Part shown: piece after piece, positions 23,185 to 32,402 of the stretch
Layout: each line of letters starts with the position of its first letter
Position numbering within the stretch: the stretch's first letter is position 1
NCBI GenBank assembly: GCA_964383395.1
Contig: CAYLGV010000001.1
Span: 4,031 to 68,030 of the forward strand
Length of the DNA: 64,000 nt
From: an uncultured Candidatus Saccharibacteria bacterium
Lineage (GTDB): Bacteria > Patescibacteriota > Saccharimonadia > Saccharimonadales > CAYLGV01
Direction: 5' to 3'
Notes under the pieces: generated by a model
Told to the model about the DNA's origin: nothing
Databases searched by the model: none
Seen by the model: only the letters and a program-made list of their open reading frames with translations
Position numbers and translations under genes: made by a program

Positions 23185-24408
23185 TCAGTTAGAGAGCCAG
23201 CTGGTAAGGCGATGCCAAAGGGTTTCGCTGTCGCTTGGTAGCTTTGTTGGGGCTGCTGTGCTTCCCAGGTTGGCCTTAACTGCGCTGGCTGAGTTGGTCC
23301 CTGGATCCGGAGATATCTGTTCACCTGTCACGACTAAACGGTTTAAGCTCGTGCCTGGTGGGTCACAAGTGATTAGGCTGAATGTGGCAGGTTTACCGTA
23401 GTCAGCATTAAGGATATGTACATCACTTGGTTTCACGACCTTCTTATCAAAGACCCGGTACACATAGCGCTTGCCATCTTTCTGTATGATAAACGTATCG
23501 CCATTTTCAAGGCGCTTTAGCAGCACAAACGCGAACTTATACTTTCCTTTGTTAAAGATGTTATTTGCAGAGTGTCCAAAGATTGCCCCGTTCCCGTTCT
23601 GGCCTGGGGTCGGGGTTGTGGCATAGTGCACCACGCCTCTATCGAGGGCATTATGAATAGCGGTTTCGTCGATAGATGGCTCGTCGTAGACAACGGGTAT
23701 CTCAACATTTATCTTCGGGATGATAATAAGTGGTTCTGGACCTGCAGTAGTAGCGTTCTGATCAATTATGATTGAGTTGTTGCTAACGGTTTTACTCGGT
23801 GTAATAAATGGTGCCAGAAAGCGTTCGTTAAAGAAGCTAAACAGCAGTATAACAACCACAATAAGCCCAGAGGCTAATCCAAATGCTAACGACTTAAAGT
23901 GCTCGCTACGTTTGCTTCGAGCACGCTTATTAACGGTGCCAAGCAGTTGTTGTTTCACGTCGCTTACGCTGCGTGCGTCGGGGCGATGGGATCTTCGTTT
24001 GTTTTGTTTGGTGTTATGTGAAATGGGCTCTACTGGTGTTGGTGTGGTGAGTTGCGTCTTGGAGTCGGCGTGTGGTTGGGGCTGTTCTTGTGAATGAGGT
24101 GTCGGGTTCACACCTCGCTTGTTGTATTCGTTATAAAACTCTTGCCATACCTGATGTTTTTCTTCGTTTGGAAGTTTGAGGTAATAGTTATGCCAAGCCG
24201 TTTGGATCTCTGCCAAAGAACGGCCAGATTCACTCAATTCAAGCATGTAACGTTGGTGTTTTGAGCGGTGTGTCTTGTGTTCCGCCTCAACTAATTCTTC
24301 TTCTGCATTCGGTTCATTGGCGTACAAATCAGTGAGCTTGGCACGAATCAAATCCGCCGCCGGGTTGGCGGCGTTATCGGACGAGTGATCAGAATTAGTA
24401 TTGCTCAT
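23185..24408 (-). CDS. Sortase-family transpeptidase with a long N-terminal region
   Basis: One transmembrane segment, a His block (IFGHSANN), and the catalytic TLxTC-type motif FSLITCDP. Confidence 0.7.
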   Translation of the reverse strand: MSNTNSDHSSDNAANPAADLIRAKLTDLYANEPNAEEELVEAEHKTHRSKHQRYMLELSESGRSLAEIQTAWHNYYLKLPNEEKHQVWQEFYNEYNKRGVNPTPHSQEQPQPHADSKTQLTTPTPVEPISHNTKQNKRRSHRPDARSVSDVKQQLLGTVNKRARSKRSEHFKSLAFGLASGLIVVVILLFSFFNERFLAPFITPSKTVSNNSIIIDQNATTAGPEPLIIIPKINVEIPVVYDEPSIDETAIHNALDRGVVHYATTPTPGQNGNGAIFGHSANNIFNKGKYKFAFVLLKRLENGDTFIIQKDGKRYVYRVFDKKVVKPSDVHILNADYGKPATFSLITCDPPGTSLNRLVVTGEQISPDPGTNSASAVKANLGSTAAPTKLPSDSETLWHRLTSWLSN

Positions 24409-24472
24409 ATGTGCTTATGCTGGAATAACAGATACCAGTATAGTATAATTTGGCGGTCATTCATACCAACCA

Positions 24473-24557
24473 GGGCGAGTGGCGGAACTGGTATACGCGC
24501 ACGACTCAAAATCGTGTTCCTAACGGAGTGAGGGTTCGATTCCCTCCTCGCCCACCA
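24473..24557 (+). tRNA. tRNA-Leu (anticodon CAA), CCA encoded
   Basis: Acceptor GGGCGAG pairs with CTCGCCC. Anticodon arm is CACGA-CTCAAAA-TCGTG. It has a long variable arm and T-arm GAGGG-TTCGATT-CCCTC. Confidence 0.85.
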
Positions 24558-24565
24558 CACAAACA

Positions 24566-24587
24566 GTCCAGCAACGCTGGGCTTTTT
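24566..24587 (+). terminator. Terminator after tRNA-Leu
   Basis: GTCCAGC-aac-GCTGGGC followed by TTTTT. Confidence 0.5.
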
Positions 24588-24699
24588 GTTTGATTAATCT
24601 CGCACCTTACATTAATACAAGACCCAGCCTCGTCAGCTGGGCTTGTATAGCGATACCTCCGTACCCCCACAAGAGAGATACTATCAACCGAAACTGAGA

Positions 24700-25503
24700 C
24701 TAGCCTGATTTATCGGTAAGCTCATACATAGCAGTAGTGAGGGCCTCAAGTGGCCTTGTAGGGTTCTGGAGCCACCAGATAGAAGCGTAGGTAGCAGCTC
24801 TAACTTGCCATTTATCTGAATCGCTCTCAGATTTACTTGTACTTACTCTGCCACCGCAGGCAGCAATATATTGATCAAGATGCTTCACGATAATGCCTAG
24901 ATCATGATCTGTGGTTAAGGCATGAATGCTATCAACGAGCTGAAGTAGAGCCATATTTGAGATAATAGGCTCAGTGACATGCAAGCGAGTGGCTAGCTTT
25001 TGTAACTGAGGCATTGTCAGTACATATAAGCAATTTGTTTCTGGAAGAGGTGTATTGCCTTGTATGAGAATGTCAGCCGCGTCGTCGGTGATAGTTATCT
25101 GTCCCGGTTGTTTGGTGGTGACACTCTCGAGGAGTACTGCTGTTTCGCTGTTCTGTCCAAAGTTACCTGCCAATAACGTACCGTCGGCCCATGCCGAAGC
25201 GGCAATAATCTCGGCAGTGGCTTTTTGGCTAAAACTGCCACTCGGCGTACTTGGTGCAAATTCAACTTGTGGCAAAACCGCACCAGCGAGTTTATGGACT
25301 GCATCGGGTAACATGACGCGGATTGTCCCTGCACCAGCTTTAAGAGCGTGTGTATAGGCTTCAGCGGGGCCTAGGAAGCCATGACCGTTGCCGCCCACAA
25401 TGAGCAGCTTTCCCGCTTGAGCAGTATGCTCTGGTCGACTCCATAACAGATCTGAGAAGAGTGGCTCGGTAGCCGATTGCTTTACCCAGTAATCTGTCGA
25501 CAT
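24700..25503 (-). CDS. YjeF C-terminal/carbohydrate-kinase-like protein (NAD(P)HX dehydratase family, divergent)
   Basis: AGKLLIVGGNGHGFLGPAEAYTHALKAGAGTIRVMLP resembles the YjeF_C N-terminal block. I did not find the C-terminal GxGD motif. Confidence 0.4.
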   Translation of the reverse strand: MSTDYWVKQSATEPLFSDLLWSRPEHTAQAGKLLIVGGNGHGFLGPAEAYTHALKAGAGTIRVMLPDAVHKLAGAVLPQVEFAPSTPSGSFSQKATAEIIAASAWADGTLLAGNFGQNSETAVLLESVTTKQPGQITITDDAADILIQGNTPLPETNCLYVLTMPQLQKLATRLHVTEPIISNMALLQLVDSIHALTTDHDLGIIVKHLDQYIAACGGRVSTSKSESDSDKWQVRAATYASIWWLQNPTRPLEALTTAMYELTDKSG

Positions 25504-25516
25504 CCTTTTCCTCGCC

Positions 25517-26314
25517 CTAGTCCTTAAGTGTCACGCTGACGGGACAATGGTCACTACCCATGACATCGGGATGAATTTCGGCATTCTCGAGTTTATCGCG
25601 TAAAGATGAAGATATGAGGAAGTAATCAATACGCCAGCCAACGTTACGCTCTCTCGATTTCGCAAAGTGACTCCACCATGAGTAAAAGCCATTACCCTGC
25701 TTAAATTCACGGAAGGTATCAATAAAGCCTGCAGCCAGCCAGTTATCAAAACCATTTCGCTCCTCTGTGGTAAAACCACGCTTGCCCTTGTTGGGTTTAG
25801 GATTAGCAAGGTCGTCTTCGGTATGAGCTACGTTCATATCTCCGCAATACACGACAGGCTTTTTCTTTTGAAGCTCCACACAATAAGCTGTGATTGCAGC
25901 ATCCCAACGCTCGCGTAACGGTATACGAGTTAGGTCATCTTTGGCGTTCGGGGTATATGCAGTAACCACGTAAAAGTCATCAAACTCAGCAGCTATAACA
26001 CGGCCTTCGTCATTACTATGTCCATAACTATCGGTTTCAAGACCGCTAGCCTTCACAAACTCTTCGGGAATATCATTTATAACAGCGATAGGTTTCTGTT
26101 TGGCGAATATAGCGGTGCCACTATAGCCTTTTTTAGTCCGAGACGAGTTCCAGTACTCTTCGTAACCAGACATATCAATAACGGCCTGTCCCTGCTCGGC
26201 TTTGGTTTCCTGCAGACATAAAATGTCAGGCTGGTGTTTGGTCACAAATTCCTGAAAGGTTTCTTTTCTGACGACGGCACGAATTCCATTCACATTCCAA
26301 GAGTATATCTTCAT
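25517..26314 (-). CDS. xth: Exodeoxyribonuclease III
   Basis: MKIYSWNVNGIRA...LCLQETK...SDHCPV. Confidence 0.88.
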   Translation of the reverse strand: MKIYSWNVNGIRAVVRKETFQEFVTKHQPDILCLQETKAEQGQAVIDMSGYEEYWNSSRTKKGYSGTAIFAKQKPIAVINDIPEEFVKASGLETDSYGHSNDEGRVIAAEFDDFYVVTAYTPNAKDDLTRIPLRERWDAAITAYCVELQKKKPVVYCGDMNVAHTEDDLANPKPNKGKRGFTTEERNGFDNWLAAGFIDTFREFKQGNGFYSWWSHFAKSRERNVGWRIDYFLISSSLRDKLENAEIHPDVMGSDHCPVSVTLKD

Positions 26315-26332
26315 ATACAACAGTATACGTTA

Positions 26333-26367
26333 TTGCGCATATTTCAGATTATGTTATAGTTTTATTC
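26333..26367 (+). promoter_or_regulatory. Promoter placed for a leaderless transcript
   Basis: TTGCGC, 16-nt spacer, TATAGT (26355-26360), then 7 nt to ATG 26368. Confidence 0.45.
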
Positions 26368-27324
26368 ATGGTTACAGAGATGCAGAATCCAGAACTCTAC
26401 GTCTTTGAGTACGGTGGGACAGCTCGAAGTGGAAAAGGCACAATTGTGTCTTGGCTTTCTGAGGTGCATCCAGAAATCGCTACTGAAGAAACGGGTGCAG
26501 ATTACCGTGCAGTTACACTTGGATTACTACGCCAAGGAGATCTCGAACTTGGTATGAATGAGGAGCATATCGCTAAGCTATTTAAGCAAATTACCATTGG
26601 TTCCCTAACTGACTTAGTTGCACGACGTAAAGAGCTGGAGGCTGCTGAAGGTAGTGAGGCATTGTATGGCTCTGATGTGAATCAAACGGTACACCTTGTA
26701 TCGCCACTTCAAATGGTTAGAAAGGCTGTCAAAAGCGGCTTTGCCAAGCGAGTTGAGAAGATTCGTGATGATGACAAACACAGCATATTGTTGGTTGATG
26801 GACGAAACCTTGGGCCTGTTGTAGAAGGTATTGAAGGCACAACGCTTGTAATGCGAACGTTTGTTAACTGTGTTGCCTATGAGGCAGCACGAAGAGAATG
26901 TCTCAGAGCGGGACTGAAACCTGGTACTAATGAATGGAATGCTGCCTTTGGTGTCAATATGGAAGCAATTGTTAATCGAAATAATGCTGACCAGGATCGA
27001 GAACTTGATCCAGTAGTGGCTGATTCTAATGCAATTGATTACTGGAAGAACCAATCACTTATCGAAGCCACATCACAGCTTTATGGTCGTTTTTTGTTCG
27101 ACAATGACAGTACTCTAGCTGTTCAAGGGTTGTTTGATGGTGCGCGTGATCTCACTGATGTTCCACGAATTGGAGCAGGCCTAAAAGCTGTTAAGCAAGC
27201 TCGTCAAATAAACTTTGATACAACGCCGTTTACATCATATCCCAATTCAAAGCATGCGATGTTGCTGGCCGCAAACACCATGTTTGAAGAAGCCCTACGC
27301 GCAAAACAGATACTAGCTGCGTAA
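26368..27324 (+). CDS. Cytidylate-kinase-like P-loop protein with a C-terminal extension
   Basis: GGTARSGKGT P-loop and LVDGRNLGPVV, compared with Cmk DGRDxGTVV. The 318-aa length exceeds canonical Cmk. Confidence 0.45.
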   Translation: MVTEMQNPELYVFEYGGTARSGKGTIVSWLSEVHPEIATEETGADYRAVTLGLLRQGDLELGMNEEHIAKLFKQITIGSLTDLVARRKELEAAEGSEALYGSDVNQTVHLVSPLQMVRKAVKSGFAKRVEKIRDDDKHSILLVDGRNLGPVVEGIEGTTLVMRTFVNCVAYEAARRECLRAGLKPGTNEWNAAFGVNMEAIVNRNNADQDRELDPVVADSNAIDYWKNQSLIEATSQLYGRFLFDNDSTLAVQGLFDGARDLTDVPRIGAGLKAVKQARQINFDTTPFTSYPNSKHAMLLAANTMFEEALRAKQILAA

Positions 27325-27362
27325 TAATTGCTTGTAGCATCACAGATTTAAGCGTGAAACAG

Positions 27363-27391
27363 AAAAAGAGCCGCATGAAGCGGCTCTTTTT
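27363..27391. terminator. Bidirectional terminator between convergent genes
   Basis: AAAAA-GAGCCGC-atgaa-GCGGCTC-TTTTT. Confidence 0.7.
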
Positions 27392-27409
27392 GGTTTTTTG
27401 TAAGAACGA

Positions 27410-27859
27410 CTAGTTAAGGTTGTTCTTGGTGAAGGTGCCACCACCTTCGAGCGTTGCGGTCAATGTGTACGTTGTACATGTAGTGTCATCAGACTCACAT
27501 GAAGCGTTTGAGGCATTTGTAACGGCATATGAATATGTCGTTGATCCAGGTGAGGTTGCAATTGTGTAACCAGAACCCTTCGGATCCTTGAGAGCTTCTT
27601 GGTCAAGACCCTTCATATTAGTACTGCGCCATGAGCTGTCATTAAGATCACCAGATGATGGGTAATAACCCTTCTGGGCGTAGAATGCTTCTACCTGGCC
27701 ATGGAGAGCCTTGATATCTGTTGTGCGCTCGGTGTTACGAGCTTTTTGTTGAATACCTGTGAAAGTAGTGATTACTAACGCGGCCAAAATACCGATCACC
27801 ACAATAACGATCAAGAGTTCCACGATTGTGAAACCTTGCTGCTTAGCTTTACTGGTCAT
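27410..27859 (-). CDS. Type IV pilin (prepilin-type N-terminal cleavage/methylation domain), copy 1
   Basis: QQGFTIVELLIVIVVIGILAAL. Confidence 0.88.
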   Translation of the reverse strand: MTSKAKQQGFTIVELLIVIVVIGILAALVITTFTGIQQKARNTERTTDIKALHGQVEAFYAQKGYYPSSGDLNDSSWRSTNMKGLDQEALKDPKGSGYTIATSPGSTTYSYAVTNASNASCESDDTTCTTYTLTATLEGGGTFTKNNLN

Positions 27860-27975
27860 AAGAGTGTTCCCACCTTTTCCTTATGATTAATTTTAATGTT
27901 GATGAGTGCATTGTACACCTAAGTATTTAATAACCACAAGCGTAATCTGATGCACATACGCTACACGCCGTGCAT

Positions 27976-28004
27976 AAAGAAAGAAGCCGTCTGCACGGCT
28001 CCTT
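27976..28004 (-). terminator. Terminator after pilin copy 2
   Basis: On the minus strand, GGAGCCGT-gcag-ACGGCTTC followed by TTTCTTT. Confidence 0.55.
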
Positions 28005-28026
28005 TCAAATACGATAAGAGTCTTAC

Positions 28027-28482
28027 CTAGTTAAGGTTGCTCTTTGTGAACGTGCCACCACCTTCGAGGGTTGCGGTCAATGTGTATGTTGTACATGTAG
28101 TGTCATCAGACTCACATGAAGCATTTGAGCTGTTAGTAACAGCGTATGAGTATGTTGTTGAGGCTGGTGAAGTAGCTACGGTGTAGCCAGAACCCTTCGG
28201 ATCCTTAAGAGCTTCTTGGTCGAGACCCTTCATGTTTGTGCTGCGCCATGAGCTGTTGTTTAGGTCAGCAGATGATGGGTAGTAACCCTTCTGGGCGTAG
28301 AATGCTTCTACTTGACCGTGAACTGCCTTGATATCTGTTGTGCGCTCGGTGTTACGAGCTTTTTGTTGAATACCGGTAAAGGTTGTGATAACCAATGCGG
28401 CCAAAATACCAATAACGACGATAACGATCAGGAGTTCGACGATCGTAAAACCGCGCTGGTCTTTTTGTAATGTACGTGACAT
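28027..28482 (-). CDS. Type IV pilin, copy 2 (tandem paralog)
   Basis: The start is set at MSRTLQKDQRGFTIVELLIVIVV. It differs from copy 1 at only a few residues after the leader. Confidence 0.85.
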   Translation of the reverse strand: MSRTLQKDQRGFTIVELLIVIVVIGILAALVITTFTGIQQKARNTERTTDIKAVHGQVEAFYAQKGYYPSSADLNNSSWRSTNMKGLDQEALKDPKGSGYTVATSPASTTYSYAVTNSSNASCESDDTTCTTYTLTATLEGGGTFTKSNLN

Positions 28483-28623
28483 GAGAATGCCCACCCTTCT
28501 TAAACTATGTTGTATTAGTAATATACCTCGGAAGTATACCCCACCGTATATCTGGAACACAAGCGTTTTTCCACAGCGTATTTACTCTATAAAAAGTTAC
28601 ACAAAATCCAGAAGCCAACGTGA

Positions 28624-28658
28624 TTGACTAATATCATCGTATATTGTATAATGTAGTT
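28624..28658 (+). promoter_or_regulatory. Near-consensus promoter placed for a leaderless transcript
   Basis: TTGACT (28624-28629), 17-nt spacer, TATAAT (28647-28652), then 6 nt to ATG 28659. Confidence 0.6.
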
Positions 28659-30071
28659 ATGATAGAGCGCTTGGGCAAACCAGTAGCTATCGCTGTTGCA
28701 ACTGGTGCTTTGTTGGCCGGTTGTGCCGACGTGTCTCCAAACTCCGAACCCCAAGTTTCGGTGCCAAGGACTGAGGTCACTGCGCCTCTAGAGCCAGGAA
28801 CTACTATTGCACCACCAGCTCCAGAGTGTACGACTCTTTCTACTGAGGCAGTTGGAGATTCGACAAATATGTTTGTTTCATTCCAAGCCATTAATGCATC
28901 TCTGTTGCAAAAACATGTTCCGTTTGAGCCGATAATAACCGTAAACCCTGTTACGCATGAAAAGAATCCTACAGTTGAACGATCAGCGTCTTTTCTCCGT
29001 ATTACAAAAAATGATACAGGTTCTCTATGTTATATATCTGAAGCTACAGACACAGCGTCAAAGCCACAGATCGATAACCTATTACTCGCGGTATCAGCAA
29101 ATGCACCTTACATTCGCTCGGCAATTGATAATGACGAGCTTGATGTGATTGATTTCCGAATGGTATCTGAAGAATACCTTCTCGATGACTATTCTGCAGA
29201 TGCTCCCGCCTACAGCGAGCTGGATGTGACAAGTGGCAAGGAGCAAGCCGTAATTAGTTACCCACTCGATCCGCGTAGCACGATTTCAGTTGAAGATGTG
29301 CGTACTATGCTTCGCCACGAAACTATCCATGCACTCACCAGTAAAGCTGACTTAAGTAACGGCAACCAAGTAACCGATTTGCCTCGTGCCAAAGACTTTG
29401 CAGACGCCTGTCGTTCACTTCGTAACATTGCTATCGTGCAAGCTACAAATGGTGCTAATAGCGTAATTGCTAACTTGCGTACCATTTCAGAACACCTAGA
29501 CCAAGCTCAAGTTGAAATAATCAACAATGTCATTGCAAGCGTAGAGGATGGTTCTTTTGGGGATCTACAGCCTGTTAGCGGTTCGTATGATAGTGATACG
29601 ACAACGCCTTTACGTGATGGTAATGTAGCTGAGTGTAGGGCAATTGGGCCGTGGTATGTGGCTCGTCGAGAAATGGACAAGCAGCAAATTGACGACAAGA
29701 ATATTTCTCAGTTAATGATTGATGACCCAACATTTAGTGAAGTACTTCCTGGGGTGATTGATGACTGGAATAATCTATTCCGTCAGAAGACAATTTACCA
29801 AACCTTGCGTGAAGCACCTTACATGACAAAAGCTGATATTACAGGATTTGAAGGCCACCCATGGGATAATTGGGACGAAACCATCACCTCACTTCTAAAT
29901 GTAGCAGTCACCTATCCAGATACATTTGTTAGTAATGTACATCAGCTTCCATCCGAGCAAGCCAAGGCAATCAAGGATCTTCTTGGACATTCAAACCAAG
30001 TATTCAAGCAATTGCATCCTGAGATGAATGACGTAAACGCTACACTTGAGCACGTTTACTCACAGATATAA
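28659..30071 (+). CDS. Lipoprotein with an HExxH zinc-metallopeptidase motif
   Basis: MIERLGKPVAIAVATGALLAGC forms a lipobox, and HETIH is present. The track start 28644 lies inside the -10 box, so ATG 28659 is preferred. Confidence 0.6.
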   Translation: MIERLGKPVAIAVATGALLAGCADVSPNSEPQVSVPRTEVTAPLEPGTTIAPPAPECTTLSTEAVGDSTNMFVSFQAINASLLQKHVPFEPIITVNPVTHEKNPTVERSASFLRITKNDTGSLCYISEATDTASKPQIDNLLLAVSANAPYIRSAIDNDELDVIDFRMVSEEYLLDDYSADAPAYSELDVTSGKEQAVISYPLDPRSTISVEDVRTMLRHETIHALTSKADLSNGNQVTDLPRAKDFADACRSLRNIAIVQATNGANSVIANLRTISEHLDQAQVEIINNVIASVEDGSFGDLQPVSGSYDSDTTTPLRDGNVAECRAIGPWYVARREMDKQQIDDKNISQLMIDDPTFSEVLPGVIDDWNNLFRQKTIYQTLREAPYMTKADITGFEGHPWDNWDETITSLLNVAVTYPDTFVSNVHQLPSEQAKAIKDLLGHSNQVFKQLHPEMNDVNATLEHVYSQI

Positions 30072-30092
30072 ATCGAGTATGGACTAGTTATT

Positions 30093-30182
30093 TGGCGGAG
30101 GGAGAGGGATTCGAACCCTCGACACCCTTGCGGGTGAACCCACTTTCCAGGCGAGCGCCATAAACCACTAGGCGACCCCTCC
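30093..30182 (-). tRNA. tRNA-Ser (anticodon GGA), CCA encoded
   Basis: The reverse complement GGAGGGGTCGCCTAGTGG...CTCGC-CTGGAAA-GTGGG has a long variable arm, T-arm GAGGG-TTCGAAT-CCCTC, and ends GCCA. Confidence 0.85.
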
Positions 30183-30278
30183 ATGAGCTAAAAAACCAGA
30201 ACGAAGCCTAGTATACCGAAAAATAGTGAAGATTACACCTTGATTACAGATACCGTTAAGAGGTAGACTATATCAAAC

Positions 30279-31172
30279 ATGCCAGTGATTGAATTGAAGG
30301 ACGTCAGTAAACTGTACGGCTTCGGCGACGCTACTACCATTGCACTCGACGAAGTTAACTTGGTAATTGAGCCAGGTGAGTTTGTGGCAATCATGGGTCC
30401 CAGCGGTTCTGGTAAGTCTACCTTGCTAAATATGATGGGCCTTTTAGACCGTCCAACACATGGTGAATACAAGCTTGGTGAACGCTATGTTTCCCGGCTA
30501 CGCCCTAACCAGCGCGCTAAGGCTCGCCGTGATACGATCGGTTTTGTATTTCAGTTCTTTAACCTGCTCCCTAACCTAACTGTCCTCGAAAATGCTGCCT
30601 TGCCTCTGGCATATAAAGGCACTACACGTACGCGTCGGCTGAAGCAGGCTGGGTATGTACTAGAGCGCGTGGGTTTGGCTGATCGCGAATACTTTTACCC
30701 TTCTCAACTCAGTGGTGGTCAGGCACAGCGTGTAGCAATCGCAAGAGCACTCGTTAACAACCCAAGTATTATTATTGCCGACGAACCGACTGGTAACCTT
30801 GACAGTGCTTCTTCGAGACTTGTCATGGAATTGTTAAGTGAGATTCATCAGTCTGGCAGCACGATTCTTATGGTGACTCATAACCCAGAACTGACTCGCT
30901 ACGCTAGTCGCGTGGTCTTTATGCGTGATGGCTCAATTGTTAACGATGAGCAATCTCAAGTTGGTGAGTTGCCAGAAACGATTCGCCGCCGCGCCTATTT
31001 CGTACCCCGTAAGACTGTTGAAGATGATTTAGCTGGAGTTTCTGCGTTAATGGAATCTGCCCCAGACCAGGCTATTAAAGGTGGCGAAAAAGCCAAGGCG
31101 ACCAAAAAGACCAAGAAACGAACTCGAACCAAGTCTTACACTACGAAGACCACTACAAGGAAGAAAAAGTAA
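30279..31172 (+). CDS. ABC transporter ATP-binding protein (MacB/LolD-type) with a Lys/Thr-rich C-terminal tail
   Basis: Walker A GPSGSGKST, signature LSGGQ, Walker B IIIADEPT. The tail reads KKTKKRTRTKSYTTKTTTRKKK. Confidence 0.88.
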   Translation: MPVIELKDVSKLYGFGDATTIALDEVNLVIEPGEFVAIMGPSGSGKSTLLNMMGLLDRPTHGEYKLGERYVSRLRPNQRAKARRDTIGFVFQFFNLLPNLTVLENAALPLAYKGTTRTRRLKQAGYVLERVGLADREYFYPSQLSGGQAQRVAIARALVNNPSIIIADEPTGNLDSASSRLVMELLSEIHQSGSTILMVTHNPELTRYASRVVFMRDGSIVNDEQSQVGELPETIRRRAYFVPRKTVEDDLAGVSALMESAPDQAIKGGEKAKATKKTKKRTRTKSYTTKTTTRKKK

Positions 31173-32401
31173 TGGCTCAGAATAATATTCGCATGGCCAT
31201 GAACTCAATCAGTGCCTATAAATGGCGTAGTTTCCTAACAATGCTTGGCATCATCATAAGTGTGGTGAGTATTGTAACTATCGTATCGCTGGGTGAAGGT
31301 GTGAAACATCAACTCAGCGCTCAGATTACACGCACGGGCAAAGATCTCATTACTGTTCGTGGCGGTACTATTGTGGACCGTAATGAAAAGGGTGAGATAA
31401 CTGGCGTTAATTTACTTAATCTTTTTGCTGGCAATAATCTGAACGAAACAGATTATCAAGTGGTGAACGGTGTCCCAAATATGCAACTCGTTGCTCCGTT
31501 TGCATCAATCTCGGGTGCTCCAGCAACCGACGACGGTGTGCGTGCTAATAATATTTCAACCGTTGCGACGACCAGTAAAGCTGCTGACGCGTTAAGCCAG
31601 GATGTACAATACGGCGGTTTCTTTAGCGATTCTGACACCGACTCAGCCACGGCAGTTATTGGTAAACAAGTTGCCGAGCAACTCTTTAAAGAAGATGCGC
31701 CAATCGGTAAATCTTTCCAACTGCGCGGTCAGCGGGTGGTTGTCCAGGGTGTGTTTAAGAAGTTTGCAGCAACTCCTCTGACTCCAGGTATCGACTACAA
31801 TAATACGATATTTGTTCCCTACACATTCGGACAGCGCTTAACGGGAGCTACCTTGCAGCCATATCAGATCCTCGTGCGACCAAATGCAGATGTGAGTTCT
31901 GCTCAAGCTGCCAATGATATTAGCAATGCTCTCAAACAAGCGCATGGTGGTCAGACTGACTTTACAGTCCTACAGGCAGACGACAATCTAGCTCTAGCTA
32001 GTACGGCTTTGAGTCTCATCACTAATGTAGTTGCGGCGATAGCAGCGGTGTCATTGATCGTTGGTGGGATCGGTATTATGAATATTATGTTGGTATCAGT
32101 TAGTGAGCGTACTCATGAAATCGGGGTACGCAAAGCTGTTGGTGCAACTAACAAACAAATCTTGCGGCAGTTCTTAACCGAGGCGGTGGTGCTGAGTACA
32201 ACGGGTGGCATTATTGGTATTCTCTTTGCCATTCTTGCCAACTATCTCTTGCGAGTGTTTACAAACTTACAGCCGGTTATAACCTTGCCAATTGTGTCTG
32301 TGGCGGTACTCGTAGCAATAATTGTAGGCAGTGTATTTGGTGTTGCCCCTGCCCTTCAGGCGGCTCGCAAGGACCCAATCGAAGCTCTACGTCGTATTTA
32401 A
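31172..32401 (+). CDS. ABC transporter permease, MacB/FtsX family
   Basis: An N-terminal transmembrane segment, a large extracytoplasmic domain and a C-terminal FtsX-type 3-TM block. Its start overlaps the ATPase stop. Confidence 0.8.
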   Translation: MAQNNIRMAMNSISAYKWRSFLTMLGIIISVVSIVTIVSLGEGVKHQLSAQITRTGKDLITVRGGTIVDRNEKGEITGVNLLNLFAGNNLNETDYQVVNGVPNMQLVAPFASISGAPATDDGVRANNISTVATTSKAADALSQDVQYGGFFSDSDTDSATAVIGKQVAEQLFKEDAPIGKSFQLRGQRVVVQGVFKKFAATPLTPGIDYNNTIFVPYTFGQRLTGATLQPYQILVRPNADVSSAQAANDISNALKQAHGGQTDFTVLQADDNLALASTALSLITNVVAAIAAVSLIVGGIGIMNIMLVSVSERTHEIGVRKAVGATNKQILRQFLTEAVVLSTTGGIIGILFAILANYLLRVFTNLQPVITLPIVSVAVLVAIIVGSVFGVAPALQAARKDPIEALRRI

Positions 32402-32402
32402 T

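Noticed and set aside
27410-28482. The pilin pair as a template and variable repeat of a diversity-generating retroelement.
   Set aside because: The differences are not confined to adenine positions and are spread over synonymous sites. No reverse transcriptase is nearby.
28644-28658. The track start ATG 28644 for the lipoprotein gene.
   Set aside because: It sits inside the TATAAT box of a near-consensus promoter. ATG 28659 fits the leaderless geometry and still gives a full signal peptide and lipobox.
30093-30182. Similarity between the tRNA-Ser variable arm (TTCACCCGCAAGGGTG) and repeat M3 (ATTCACCCGCAAGGCT), suggesting M is a tRNA-Ser pseudogene.
   Set aside because: Only about 14 nt match. 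M1 and M2 do not fold as a cloverleaf on either strand, having no acceptor pairing and no T-arm stem. The relation is noted but not supported as a tRNA pseudogene.
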